A stretch of 64,000 nucleotides of DNA from Octopus sinensis (Eukaryota), in assembly GCF_006345805.1 (NCBI RefSeq), contig NC_043013.1, forward strand, positions 55,614,001 through 55,678,000, read 5' to 3'. Shown piece after piece: positions 1 through 13,000 of the stretch. Every line of letters begins with the position of its first letter. Position 1 is the stretch's first letter. Under the pieces are notes generated by a model. The model did no database searches. It was not told the DNA's origin and saw only the letters and a program-made list of their open reading frames with translations. The position numbers and the translations under genes are program-made.

Positions 1-1259
1 CATGTATAAATACAGTTTCAAGCACACTGTTTCAATATAATTCTCTTACATTCAGAAAAAGTATTTAAATTCATACAATTGCTGGGCAATAGGAAAGGAG
101 AGAAGAGAAGAGGTAAAAAAAGAATTAATTTTACAAACAATACCGCACTGGACAGATGACATTTCAGTGTGAGGTCATCCATTGACCAGTGGATATAAAT
201 GGCCATAATGACACTTGCTACAATGACTGACCACCTGTTTAATAAATATTTTGGCTTTGGACAAGCAAACCATTGAAAAAGGAATGTACAAATGTATTGT
301 CTGTAGACTGAACACTGGCATGAAGTTTTCAGTGAGTTTTTAGAATTTCCATAAATCAGAGGAATTTTGACAAGGACGTCTTTGTAAAAATATTGGTTTC
401 TGGTTGAATAATTTGTTTACTAGAAATTGTTCATTTAAAAAACTATTGCACCAGACAACTTTCTATTTTATTCTAAAAGACATTATTATATATAAATATT
501 ATTTCTCCAAATAAACATTTTAATATGATATTGTCTGTTTTAGTGACAATGGGGTACTTGGAGGTTTTCTTTTCCACTTATAACTCTGAACTTGTCCTTG
601 ATTGCCTTTGTGATGTCTTTTATTATTGCTAATATTTATGTGCCATCAGTTTTAGTCTCTTCAAATTAGCCTGTACTACACTTCTGATAATGAATACTGT
701 AAAATCTTCCCAATATTTTCTGCTTTAGGTATTTTAATGAGACCCCTGATGTCTTCATTACTATTTTGTAAACCTCTGATGAAAATGGTCATTATGTTGA
801 ACTATAAAACATCGGTAAAATCTTTCAAGTCCTGCTGCATAAAGATTGTCTGTGATGGTAATACTGATGGAGTCTCTGCAATTAATTCTGAGGACATATC
901 TGAGTATAAACACTGAAAATTTACAAAACTCTGAGATCAGTTTGAAATTCTACTATTAGAATCAAAATACATTGCTAACCATTTACAAAATGAAAATAAA
1001 GTAAAGATTAAAAAAAAAATACTAAACAAAGCAAACTCACTGAATGAAGTTTCTTCTAAGTCTGCTGTTACAAATAATTAGAAAAAGAAAACAAATCAGT
1101 GATGTACAACATTAAAAACAATGTTTACTAAGTTTTTGGTTGTTTATTTTGTTGAGTAAATGCATAAGTTCAAATTGTAGTTCTTGGAACTAGCATTGGT
1201 ATACCATAGTTCTATTTTGGTTGATTCATTTGAGAGCTCTGTGTCATTTATGTTTACAT

Positions 1260-3705
1260 AGCATCATAAATTTCTACAAATGACACATGCGGTTTGTGGT
1301 CAAAAGATTTCCTGACATAGGCAGGCATTTCCAGAAGAATTTTTTAAAAAATCAGAAATATTTTGGCAGCTTCCAATCTCCTCGTTAGATCACCAAATGA
1401 CAGAACTGACATTAGCATAAAAAACAAATGCGAGTCGGCAATAATGATTCTGCAAGTGCGTCAGGATTTTTTGCCTGGCTTTCATCACTTGACTGGTTCT
1501 CATTAAAGAATTTCTTTCACTTTCTCTCCTTTGTACTTTAATTCCAGTTTTTAGATTTATGGTGACATGTTTTAATTCTGTCAGCAGAATGTCAAGTTGG
1601 TATCACAGTTTCTGTAGATTTTCAATAAAAATTTCAATGCTGTTCATTTTGGTATCAGCAGTGGCATCGCTTACCTGTAATACCAAGTTGCAGATATTGA
1701 TGAGAGCAAGAATGCTAAACTGGCTGTAAGACAAGAGTCCACAACCGAAAGAGGACACGTGTCTATTATTAGCACCACTTCTTTGCTTCTGGTCTGTGGT
1801 GTCAGATTGAATTTCAGAACATTCTGTAGAACAAATTTGCTACCATTGATATTTGTTGCATATAATTATTCACACTAACGGTTTTAGTGAACCACAGGTA
1901 TTTGGAAAATTCTTTCAACAGAAACACATCCTGGCAATGAGTGACAAGTTGTGTGAGGTTGAAAGAATTTTCCAGTTTTTGTAATACAGAAAACGATATT
2001 GTAAATATAAAAGCTCTTTAAAAACTGCCTCAGTACAACATCCTGCCCAATCTGTGCCACACAAGTATAATATGGGAAAATAGCAACAAGATTTTCTTTA
2101 ATAGTCCCTGTACTCTCTTGTACTTGACTACCATATTAGTGTCCTTCACCTGGCAATCTTCCAAGTGAGACCTATTTTTATTCAATGTTTCTTTATCAGG
2201 TTGGCAATTTCAGAACCTGTTTTCTCACAACAAATTTCAAACAACAGAAATTTCTCTTGAATCTTAGATTCCAATCTAAACTTTGAAGGTAACGTATGAT
2301 AAATGTTATCTATTTGACATAGGTGGAATCAGGTGTTGCATCAACTGTTATTGATCTTTCAGAGGATATGTCTTTCAAAACAAAATCAAAGTAAAGAGAA
2401 ATAAATTTATTTTGTAATTCGGCTGACAAATAATCTGTTTGCAACCTTTCTCCATTTTTCTGAGTTTCTTCAACTTTCCTGACGTAGGATTCAGGTATTG
2501 GATCCCTATAAGATAAAGTTCAACAAACCAAAGGAAGTTACCATTGTGAATATCACCAATCAAATAAAAGGCATCACAGAATGCCAACACTGTTTCACCC
2601 TGAACTAAAATAATGTCAATTAGTGTAAAGATTTTGTCCAGTTTGCCTCTTCTGTTGCATGTGTCTAAATAAATTCTTTGTTTAAACTCTCTCCATGATA
2701 CATCATAATTCAATTTATGCTGGTTACTGCATTCAAGTATGAAAATTCTGTGGTATAATTTTCTCTATTTTTCAGTCCAACACCATCCTCTGTTGTCAGA
2801 GATGATGTAGCAACTTTACCTTTCCTTTACAGAGTAAAGAAAATAAGGTTTCTTTCTTGACATTTTACTCTGATTAAACTCAGACATTTCAATGTTGTTA
2901 TTCTTCTATTTAAGATGTCATTTGGAAAAAGATTACTACTCATTCTCACAAGGAATTGCTTTAGGAAGAAGAAGAATATGTCTGTTCCACAGATATTTTT
3001 CAATGTTTTCGGCACTTCCAACCAGAAACCTATCCCACATGCCTTTGATGGGATTTCTTTCTTTAATTTATTTCTGAGTTAGTGCTAGTCACTTTCAGGT
3101 GAGAATTATTTAGGCATTGAATAATGGTCCATAATCAACAAAATTATTAGTGCTGCCATTTAAAGGAGACCATCCTGTTTCCAATTAATTTTCAAGTGAA
3201 CGGTTCATTGGTTCATCTTCTACATGCCTTAACTTTTCAGTGGTAATACCTGTATGCAATAATAAACATACCAGGTAATGACCATGCTCAGTAATACTTC
3301 TTTCCTTTGTGCTCTTGTTCATTTTCTGATTTCCACCTGTCTTTTGATTGAACTTTGTGATGATTCAATAACAACACATGACATTCCTGCAGGAAAAGAT
3401 TATAGATTCCATCCATTTTGAGTTGAAATCCCACCAAGATGATCTTGCATCCTTTTGAGGTGGATAAGATAAACTACCACAGACCAGAAGCAAAGAAGTG
3501 GTGCTAATAATAGACACGTGTCCCCTTTCGGTTGGGGACTCTTGTCTTCCAGCCAGTTTAGCATTCTTGCTCTCATCAATATCTGCAACTTGGTATTACA
3601 GGTAAGCAATGCCACTGCTGATACTAAAGTGAGCAGCATGGAAATTTTTATTAAAATTCTACAGAAACTGTGATATCAACTTGACATTCTGCTGACAGAA
3701 TTAAA
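1260..3705 (-). pseudogene. Decayed, rearranged hAT-family transposase (ZMYM1-like / DUF4371-type) fossil
   Basis: Minus-strand translation across stops and frameshifts gives hAT motifs in order: LAFCDAFYLIGDIHNGNFLWFVEL (ORF 2375-2713; cf. LAFRG..IGD..NGNFLG.LEL), ITVDATPDSTYVK*ITFIIRYL (~2280-2352; cf. first catalytic Asp motif SIIVDATPD.SH.EQ.TFI.RY), EKFLLFEICCEKTGSEIANLI (~2180-2260), and KKFFNENQSS followed by VFYANVSSVI (~1380-1520). No TIRs identified. Confidence 0.75.
1571..1800 (+). repeat. 230-bp inverted copy of 3476-3705 (5' part of the hAT fossil)
   Basis: 1571-1800 matches the reverse complement of 3476-3705 with about 11 mismatches and no gaps (~95%), aligned by eye. Confidence 0.95.
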
Positions 3706-6700
3706 CAAGTGTGAACGTGATAGAATTGGTTGTTTCTTCGACAAAATTATGATCTGGTGCCTTTGTTAGAAGCAATAAGGATATAATTTTTAGATTAACA
3801 TTAACTATTGGGTTGATTAGGGGACATCCTATGAAAAATGATCATTCCTTTGTCTGTGTCTACTTTAGCAATCATAATGCACAGCTGCTTAAAGGATGAG
3901 GGTGTGTGTGTGTGTGTGTGTATATGTGAGAGAAAGAGGGAGAGAGAATGAGAGAGAGAAATGAAAGTAAATAATTTAAACATCATGGGAGTTGGGAAAA
4001 ATATTGTAAAATTGGGAGAAAGCAACAAAGAGGAAATGTGAGGATGGGAATCAGCCGGCCAAAAGCAGTAGATTAGTGTTGTTGTTGTTGTTGGTGCTAG
4101 GAAAATAGCTCTGCCTGTATATGTATTGTTATATAACACATAGCTGTAACAGGCAAACTCAGCTGTCATTATTACATAGCAATCTGTGAGGCCCACTTTA
4201 CCTGTCATCCTTTTGGGAGTGAAAAACAAGTACCAGTTATGCACTGGGGTTGATGTAATTGACTTAGCCCCTCCCTCACCAAATTTCAGGCCTTGTGCTT
4301 ATAGAAGGAAGGATTATTAGGCTGCAATGATTTTCGACTAATGACTTATAACTAACTGAGTGACGTATCACCACAACAGAGTACCTCATTCCTTCAATGT
4401 TAGACATGAGTAATGATACATTTAATGGATTACTTACTCACATCAGTCTATCCTAATATCTAATTTCTAAATATTTTGAAGAATTATTAATGGGCCCTCA
4501 GATCCTTCATAAAACCCAGGGCACTACCTCACCAGCCCTACATGCTAGTCAGTGATGATATAGATCTCATTAAGGGAAAATGACTAATGATGGCTGTAAT
4601 GATATATCAGTTGAATATTAAAGTATAGCAGAGTACGAGCTGAAAATGAATTTGTGTGGAAGATACAACTATGTGAAATAATACTGTAATGATATATGAG
4701 TTGGATATTAAATGATGTATGAGATGGATATTAAAGTATATTGATATATGAGATGGATATTAAACTATTCTTATATATGTGCGATATTAAACTATACAGA
4801 CATATGACAACCACACCAACAGACAAACATTTTAATGCCATTCCTTCTGCTAATGCAGTGAGGTTAGGTTTGTGGGGTCTATGTCAGAGTCATCATGGTC
4901 CCTTTTTTGGAACAGTATTTGAGGGCTAGATACCCTCCTTAATGCCAACTCTTTTGCTCAGCTCTTACAAGAGACACAGTAGTTATTCTAATAACAGAAT
5001 GCAGAGTGTAAGCAGGAGACTGATTTAATAATCAACTCATAGAAGAGGACAGGTTAATATGAAGCTCTCTAATATGGACTGAGATAAATTGATATCAACT
5101 GCAAAGATTGAGCTACAATAGTGTTTCAGAAAATAAAAACAACTTAACTGAAATCATATAAATGTATTATTGACATAAACTTTGTTATTGAGAAAATGAT
5201 AAAATGTTTAATGAATTCATAGCAATATTTAATGGTGTGTCATGACTAAAATTAGATGCTACCCAAATAGAAACTGGATAACATTTCCATACCATTTTAT
5301 TATGGGTTGAACAAGGGTGGCAGATAGAGTGAATCATCACAGGTGGTGCGGTGGGGTGAAAATGCCCTGCAGCATTTGTTCTAGTTCTTTACACTCCAAG
5401 TTCAAATCTCACCAAGGTCAACTTAGCCTTTTACCCCACCCAGCTTGATGAAATAAAGATAGCAGTCAAGTACTGAGGTTGGCCATATTCACTAAACACC
5501 TCCTCACAAAACTACTGGCCTTCAATCTAAATAATAATTAATTCATATTCCAGCTCTTTACATTCTGAGTTCAAATTCCACAAAGGCCATCTTTGCTTTC
5601 ATCCTTCTAGTGTTGATAAAATAATGAACCAGTCAAATCCTGGGACCAATGATATACGCTGGCTTAAGCAATTACAGGGTATGTTTCATTAGCATTATTA
5701 ATCAAGTTCCAATCATAATGACAAACTAACCAATTCCTTACAACACCATATTTATTCTTATAAGTTTGTGAGGGGAACCAGGACAGTGATGATGACTCTT
5801 TTTAGGGTCTTCGGGAGGAAATGCAGGAAGGGAGAAAGTTATCACCAGCTCAGAGACTAATACCAAATGTTTGTAACAGAGTGGACTTGTCTGAAGACAA
5901 CCAAGGGCTGAGTGTTTTTACCAAAACATCAAAGGGTGTGAGTGCTTTATTGGAACACACTGGACAGTATGTGATCCCTAGTCAGGAGGGAAAGCAATAC
6001 TCCTGGTCCCTTACAGGATCTGTGAGACTTGTGGGAGAAGAGGGAGGGGGTGTTCCCAGGGATCTATTCAAGGAACTCAAAGTATGAGGTTGTGGTGTTT
6101 AAACCAGGGGATGGATTAAGTCTAGCATTCTACGATTTGAACTCAGACTGCAAGGCATCCAGTCTGATTTTATTTCAATTCTGTCATTCCACCACCTTGG
6201 AATCGTACTTTTCTTATCAACCTTGAAAGGATAGAAGTCTCAATTAATCAGCCAAATCTCCATTAAATCATACAGCTTAAGGACAGATTGGTTAAAGCTA
6301 TTTGTTGTAGATAAAAGAAAACAGTGGGATGGTCAAAACAAGAGAATTCTTGTGAAAAGGACAAAAGCTTGACCTAGGGCTCAACAAACTAAGAAGTTAC
6401 TTTTTATCCGTTTTTAAAAAGGTTAATAGTTCTGACATATTCCGGATTTAGGAAATTTTTTTTATGTCCCTGTTTCTACTATTATTTCTGTGAAGATATT
6501 CACCAGCCAATGAGGGAACCTTTATGTGGTCACTCAACATGTTAAAAATAGCAGCCAAATCTCACTCAAATTACAACCTGCTACCTTAAAAGAGGTAAGA
6601 AAATATAGTGGCAGAAGATGGTCATGAATGGAGTGTCTGATTGCATCAAGGCCAACCTGGGACCAAACAACAACAATGAATCCTCAAAGTGGTTAAGTGA

Positions 6701-6904
6701 TCTATTAGAGACAGCAGTCAAATCTCTCTTTCTTACTGTCTCAAATGAAGGGAAAACATACCGGACAAAGTAATAGTCCCTGATATATGTGTAATGGCCA
6801 CAGCTGGAATATTTTTGGTCAAGTGCAGAAGTTTCCAACTGATTTTTGGCCATGCCCCACTGAATCATGTTAAAATCCTGATGCCCCCTTGTTATTCAAA
6901 ATTT

Positions 6905-7460
6905 GGTTAATATTTATAATATTACCAGGAAACTAAATAAAAGAAAAAATAGTGAAACAGATATAAAAAAGAAATGTGTAAGAAACGAATATGAAAAAAA
7001 TGTGTGGAAAGCAACGATGAGGAGAGAACTTTGGAAAATTCACAAGATCCGAGATTTCCCCTCATAACTTTTAGGAAAATGTTTTTTTTAATGAAATTTT
7101 ATATAAATACCTTTCAACCAGCATAGATTACGATTAAAAAGAAATTTGTAGGGAAATCTTTTCCGGGGGTTGAGGAGAGAACTTTTGGAAAATTCACAAG
7201 TTCCGAGTTTTTCGCCCATAACTTGGTGACAGTTTATCGTGGACAGCGGGTATAAATCCAAATTTTAAATATTCCTCTGAAAATTGACGAACTTTTTTTT
7301 CCTTGAGCAATTTATTTTATGTATTTTTGAATCGGTATAACTACAGATTTCTGCGACTCCGACTTTGGATGATCATAACTTTGGGGAAAATGGATATTTT
7401 TAATGGAATTGTCTATCAGTAGATTTCTAACACACACACATATATGTAATTAAAAAAAGT
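6905..7460 (+). repeat. Interspersed repeat module A with an internal ~155-bp period
   Basis: Motif ggagagaactttggaaaattcacaag-tccgag-ttt-cccataactt occurs at ~7021 and ~7174. Homologous sequence lies at 23350-23460 (+) and 23690-23990 (-). Confidence 0.7.
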
Positions 7461-7596
7461 TCAAACGAGGAATTATTCCATTCAATATCATTTTTATTAT
7501 AGAGATTATGTAACAAATTATGCTTTACCCTTCTATATTTAACTCTGCTTGTGTATTCCTTATTTTTGCTTCTGATGTCTTCTGCCTTTCTATTAT

Positions 7597-8960
7597 CGTA
7601 TGCAACAGATAAGTGGTCTTAATAACATATTACTGTGTAGCAGACCTTTAGCTGTTATTTCTAGCATAACAAGTTTCCTGGTGAGGGTTTCATTTGCCTT
7701 TGTTGCCTGTTTGTTACTTCAGTAGAAATCTATGGATGCACAAATGGACAAAAACGGAGAAAATGAAACAAATATGAACAACTTGTTCAGAAACACCTGC
7801 AAGTCGGGAACGGTTCTCAAAAATAGCCCCCAAAATCCCTATATCCTCAGTTTATTTGTAGAGAATTTCATTAAAAAAATATCAATTTTCTTGAAAGTTA
7901 AGACGAATTGGAGTGGCCTCTGATGAAGCTTCCGAAATTCCTCACCCGAAATTTTGTATATTCGGAATTCGAAGACAATTTCATTAAAAGTTATCCATTT
8001 CTATCTGAAGTCGGGGTTGAGGCAGAAATCTGTCTTTGAATCAAACACGAAGAGATTTCAGTTGAAGCAAATATTTGTAACAATTTCTTCCAAAAGATAT
8101 CCGTGTAACCTTTCGGAAAATCTGCTCAAAACGAAACCAAAAATTTTCCGTGAATCTTCTCAGCTGCAAAAGTCTTTGTATCAATGATGGAAGTTTTTTC
8201 TTACCTTTTTGCTGAATTCATAAACTGACCGGTGGTAATAAAACGACACCTTTTAGTTTTCATCTCTGTTCATATATATTATACGAGTGTGTCGTACGCT
8301 ACCGGTTCCATTAATCTCTCTCTCACTCACTCTATCTATCTGTCTCCTCTCGTCTCTCTCTCTCTCTTTCTCATTCTCCCTCTTTCTCTTCCTTCCCTGA
8401 TGCTACCCCTCACTTCCATTCTATTCTTTCATCTCTCACCCCGAACACCATTTATTGCCATATTCTTCTACAGCACCACATACTCCTTGTGTACCTGGAT
8501 CTTTTGTCGCCAGAGATAAAAGACTCTCAGACACACCTGCACACAGAAGTCTGTCTCCAGTTTATTCCTCCAGAGGGAATTAAGATGGCATTGCATTCTG
8601 TACTGACCAGTTCTATACTACATGCACACACACACACATACACACACACACACGCGCACACACACACACTCGTAATTACCAGCATGTTTTCACATACCAC
8701 TAAATCAAAGGAAATAATCTATTCCCTCTTTAGTGACATCAGATCTTATTAATATGAGGAAAAAACGTCTCTGAAGTATTAAAAAATTTTGTCCACAGAA
8801 TGGATGTTCTTTTTTTTTTATTAATAACTCATTTTCGAATTGCCCCCTTTCTATATTGGTATACTAGACATTGCGTACAAAAGGTAACCTCATGCATGCC
8901 TCACCAAACTATTAACATGCCCCACCAGTGGGACATGCACCACATGTTGGAATACATGTC
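7597..8960 (+). mobile_element. Interspersed repeat module B (~1.35 kb), probable non-autonomous DNA element; copy 1
   Basis: Colinear with 25202-26537 from cgtatgcaacagataag to the ccaccagtgggaca...ttgg(g)aat end, roughly 90% identical with indels. The end weakly resembles a hAT/Charlie-type terminus (ttgggaaccactg). No coding capacity recognised. Confidence 0.75.
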
Positions 8961-9194
8961 AAGTGTTTAACAACAACAACAACAACTCAGGTATTTTCAA
9001 TGAATTTTAAAAGCTGCATAACAGATGTAGAAGAGTGTTGAGAGAGAGTAATGGTAATGATAGTGGGGGAGGCAGAGTCATTAGTGGAGGGGAAGATGAA
9101 CCTAGCATGTCTAGAGGAGTACACTTGTGTGAAAGATAGATAGAGAGAGAGAGAGAGAGAGAAAGAGAGTTCATTGGTGAACCAGAGATGGTTA

Positions 9195-9510
9195 GCAATT
9201 AGTAACTGGCATTTCAATGGTTAGAACAACAAATCTTCCACTTAATTTGGTCAATGAAACAGCCTGCTCATGAAATTAAAGTAAAAGCGGTTGAGCACTT
9301 CACAGACATGCATACACTTAATGTAGTTCAGAGAGAGATTCAGCATGACACGGAATGCAACACGGTTGGCCCTTTGAAATACAGGTACTACTCATTCGTG
9401 CCAGGTGAGTGAACTGGAGTAACTTGAAACAAAAGTGTCTTGCTCAAAGACAATATGCACCAGCAGGAATCAAACACATAACCTTATGATTGTGAACCAA
9501 GTATTCATTC
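9195..9510 (-). mobile_element. tRNA-derived SINE, diverged copy of the family at 42478-42793
   Basis: Shares cagcctgctcatgaaattaa..gttgagcacttcacagaca and ggccctttgaaatacagg blocks with the 42.5 and 46.1 kb copies; A/B-box-like head on the minus strand near 9460-9510. Confidence 0.75.
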
Positions 9511-10052
9511 CTCCCAACCACATACCTTTGCTTAGGAAGCATTAATAAGTGAACAAAAGTGAACCAATACTTGTTGAATGGTCTTATTTGGAATATGGTC
9601 ATGACCAAAATTATTTCCAAACTTATAGTATGGAATAGAAATGGAAGATTTTTCCAAAATCCTGGAACCCATATTTTACAGACACTCCTCTGCCACCCCA
9701 CCACCACTACCACCATTTTGATTAAACATTAAACGGAACAAGAATAACATTGAAAATAGTGAATATTATTTGTTGTAGGAAATAAATTTTGTTTGAATCC
9801 TGGAAATTCTGTGAAACCCACTTTGAGCTGCCTTGACCTTGGTCATTTACATGTGCAATAGTTATGCATGTGGTGGCACGTGGTTTAGGGTGTTGCATTC
9901 AGGATGAGAAGGTTGTGGCTTCAATCCCTGGACTGGGTGATGTGTTGTGTTCTTGAACAAAACACTTCATTTTATGTTGCTCCAGTCAACTCAACTGGCA
10001 AAAAGGAGTCACTCTGTGACAGACTAGGGTCCTGCTTGGGAGTGAAGGGGTG

Positions 10053-10090
<38 letters not shown>

Positions 10091-13000
10091 CATGACAAAA
10101 TCTGGGAAATCAGTCTCATGGGTCAATGGCTGAGGGAGAACCTTTGATCCTTTCTTTTTGTTATGAAGGAATGGTACGCCATTATGGATGATACTGGATT
10201 TATCTAGACGGTCAGCAAGTGACTAAGGCTAAAGAGGAAAGCTTGCATTTGGGGTGCAGTTTGAGTTATTCTAGGGATGTGAGATTATCAGAAATTGTAG
10301 GTAGATTAACATTACTATCTTTAAAACTTTCTAAAGGATTCATTATAAATTCAAAATTATTTTTGAAAAAATTCTAGAAATACTTTCATGATGGAAATGC
10401 TTCTGTAATCTCTTATTACTTCATACTAATTTAAATAATTAAGGAAAATTGAGTTTGAATATATTAATTAGTCTCTTGACAGTAATGGCATCATCATGGC
10501 AAATTGGTGTTGAGTTTGATGACTGCTTCGGTGATCTGCTTTATTTCTACAGAACAATCTCTTCTTAACATTCTTCTTGAAATAACAGAATTACCATATT
10601 GAGTTTCAAAATATATCCAAAGATGTTTTGAGCTTTGTGTAGAGATCATTCTCTTATTCCTCATCTCAAATATTTGTGAATGCAAACTTGAACAATGCTG
10701 ATTTTTAAAATGTCTGGATACAATTTGATAAAGTATATCTGTGTCTTCATAAACCATGGATTGTGTTGTTTATTTCACCAGGCAAAAATATTAACAACAA
10801 ACTCATGTCTTTATTATCACAACCAAAACAGGGGATGGCACTGCTAGACCTCTTACCAAAATTATATCACTCTTTCTAGTTTCACACATGTCCTTGTTCT
10901 TATTATTATCATTATTGCTGACAGCGGCAAGCTGATAGAATCACTATCTCACTGGGCAAGATGCTTAACAACAGTTCATCTAATTCTACTCTCTGAGTTC
11001 AAATCCTGCTGAGGTCAACTTTGCTTTTCATCCTTTCAGAGTAAAATAAATACCAGTTATGTACTGGGGTCAATGCAATCAACTAGATCTCTCCCTGCAA
11101 ATTATCATTCTTTTCTCACCATAAATCAGATCTGAGATGGTCTGTAATCAATAATATTCCTATTATTTTAGAAGTGCACATGATGCAATGTGACTTTTGA
11201 TACAGTTTTATGTCATTCGAGGACCATTCCACTGTTATTTTCAGCAGACTTATCACTATTAAGCTTCCATTGTTGACTCACATAGATCCTAGTTTATGGA
11301 TAGGGTGATTTCCATTTCTCAAATGGCTTTTAATCTATGCAGTGTAAGTAATGGATTAAAATTCTTGTTTTTACAAGAAAGATCAGGTGCATTTTATGAT
11401 TCTGCCAATGGCCGTTATTAGTCCTCCTCCTCCGCCTCCCCCTCACATCATCCTATGAGTGTGGACTTATGTTTATTTGCTGTGCAAGTCACAAGAAAAG
11501 TAAAATAATTTAAATAGATAGTTATGGCAACAATAAGGTCTCTAAAAGGATCTTCACAGGAAGTGTTGCCCTTGGTAGATAAACAAATAATGAGATTGGT
11601 AAAATTGGTGAGAAGCAAACATTTAAATTGTAAAGACAGAGACATTGGAGTTTACAGAGAGTCACACATGTACGAATTTGAAGATTCCTTGCTGATGGGT
11701 AAACTGTTGCTGTTGAAGTTGAATGCAAGAACTGAGAGATGGAATAAGAAAATAAAACCTTTTTGATGTCCAAAGGTTGAAAGACAAGAACACAATAAAA
11801 ATAGATACAAATGATATTGCGTAACCAGTTTCCGAAGTTTACAAACTGACTTTCCTGGGGGCATAAGTCAAACATCAGTAATGATGCATTTGAGATATTC
11901 TAAAGATGGCCACCAATCACATTAAGGACAGAAAACAGAGATCGCCATTCCACCCACCCACAAAGGAAGAACACACAAGAGATAACTGAAAGTATGTGAC
12001 AATTATTGACTTTGTAAAACAATTGTCACATCAAAACAGAATAGACTTGGTGATTAAAATGAAAAATAATATAGAAAACAGAGACTTTGGTAAAACAGCA
12101 AAATATTTTTTTTAAATACCAATAGTTATTAGTTAAAATAAACCAAAAACCGAAAAGGTTGCATGGCAAATTCATTATCATCATCATCATATCATCACCA
12201 TCCTTTTAACGTTCGTTTTTCCATACTGGCATGGATTGGATGGAATTCATTGAGGCAAATTTTCTACAGCTAGATGCCTCTCCTGCTGTTAACCCTTATT
12301 TGTTTTCAAGTAAGATAATGTTTCTGTATGGCCAGACATATTTTGCTGAAGACTGGAAGTGAATGATGCCACTTATATGAGGTGACACTGATTCATAAAC
12401 GTCACATGATGCCAAAATAAAGAGACAGTTGAGTGTGTCTTCTTTCAATTTCTCTCTACCAAATCCACTCACATGGCTTTAGTAAAAGACTCTCACTTCA
12501 GGTGCTACACTGAAACCAAACCAAAGATCATGGGCAGCAAATCTCTTTACTACACAACTATAGAGGAATGGTAACACGAGAGCCCAATAAAGAAATATTA
12601 GATCAGTTGGGAATCTCAAGGAATTATTAATTCCAGTTTAGAATGCACAATTGAAATGTTGCCAAAGAAGACATTTATTTAATGCTCATGGCCAGGAGCA
12701 GCAACGAATATAAAACATCTTTGAAGGAGATTTTGAATAGATAGCACCTTCTAGAATGGTCAGATTGGTGTAACTGATGTCCAGCTTGAACTTCTGCAGA
12801 AGAATACTTATGAGAGAAAGAAGTAGAGTCTTGAAAAATTTCCTCAAATAGGTTAAATTATATCTTGAAACAACAGTCAACAGAGTTATTTTGGTATCAT
12901 AGCATGTCTGGAATGGAAGGGGATGTTGGACATGTGAAGAGCATTTTGATTCCAAATTCTAAGAATATAATGATTAGTTTTAAATTTTAGTACAAGGCCA

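Noticed and set aside
7915-7955. CTGATGA...GAAA hammerhead-like match
   Set aside because: No stem I pairing, no proper stem II, and the paralogous copy at ~25515 lacks the core.
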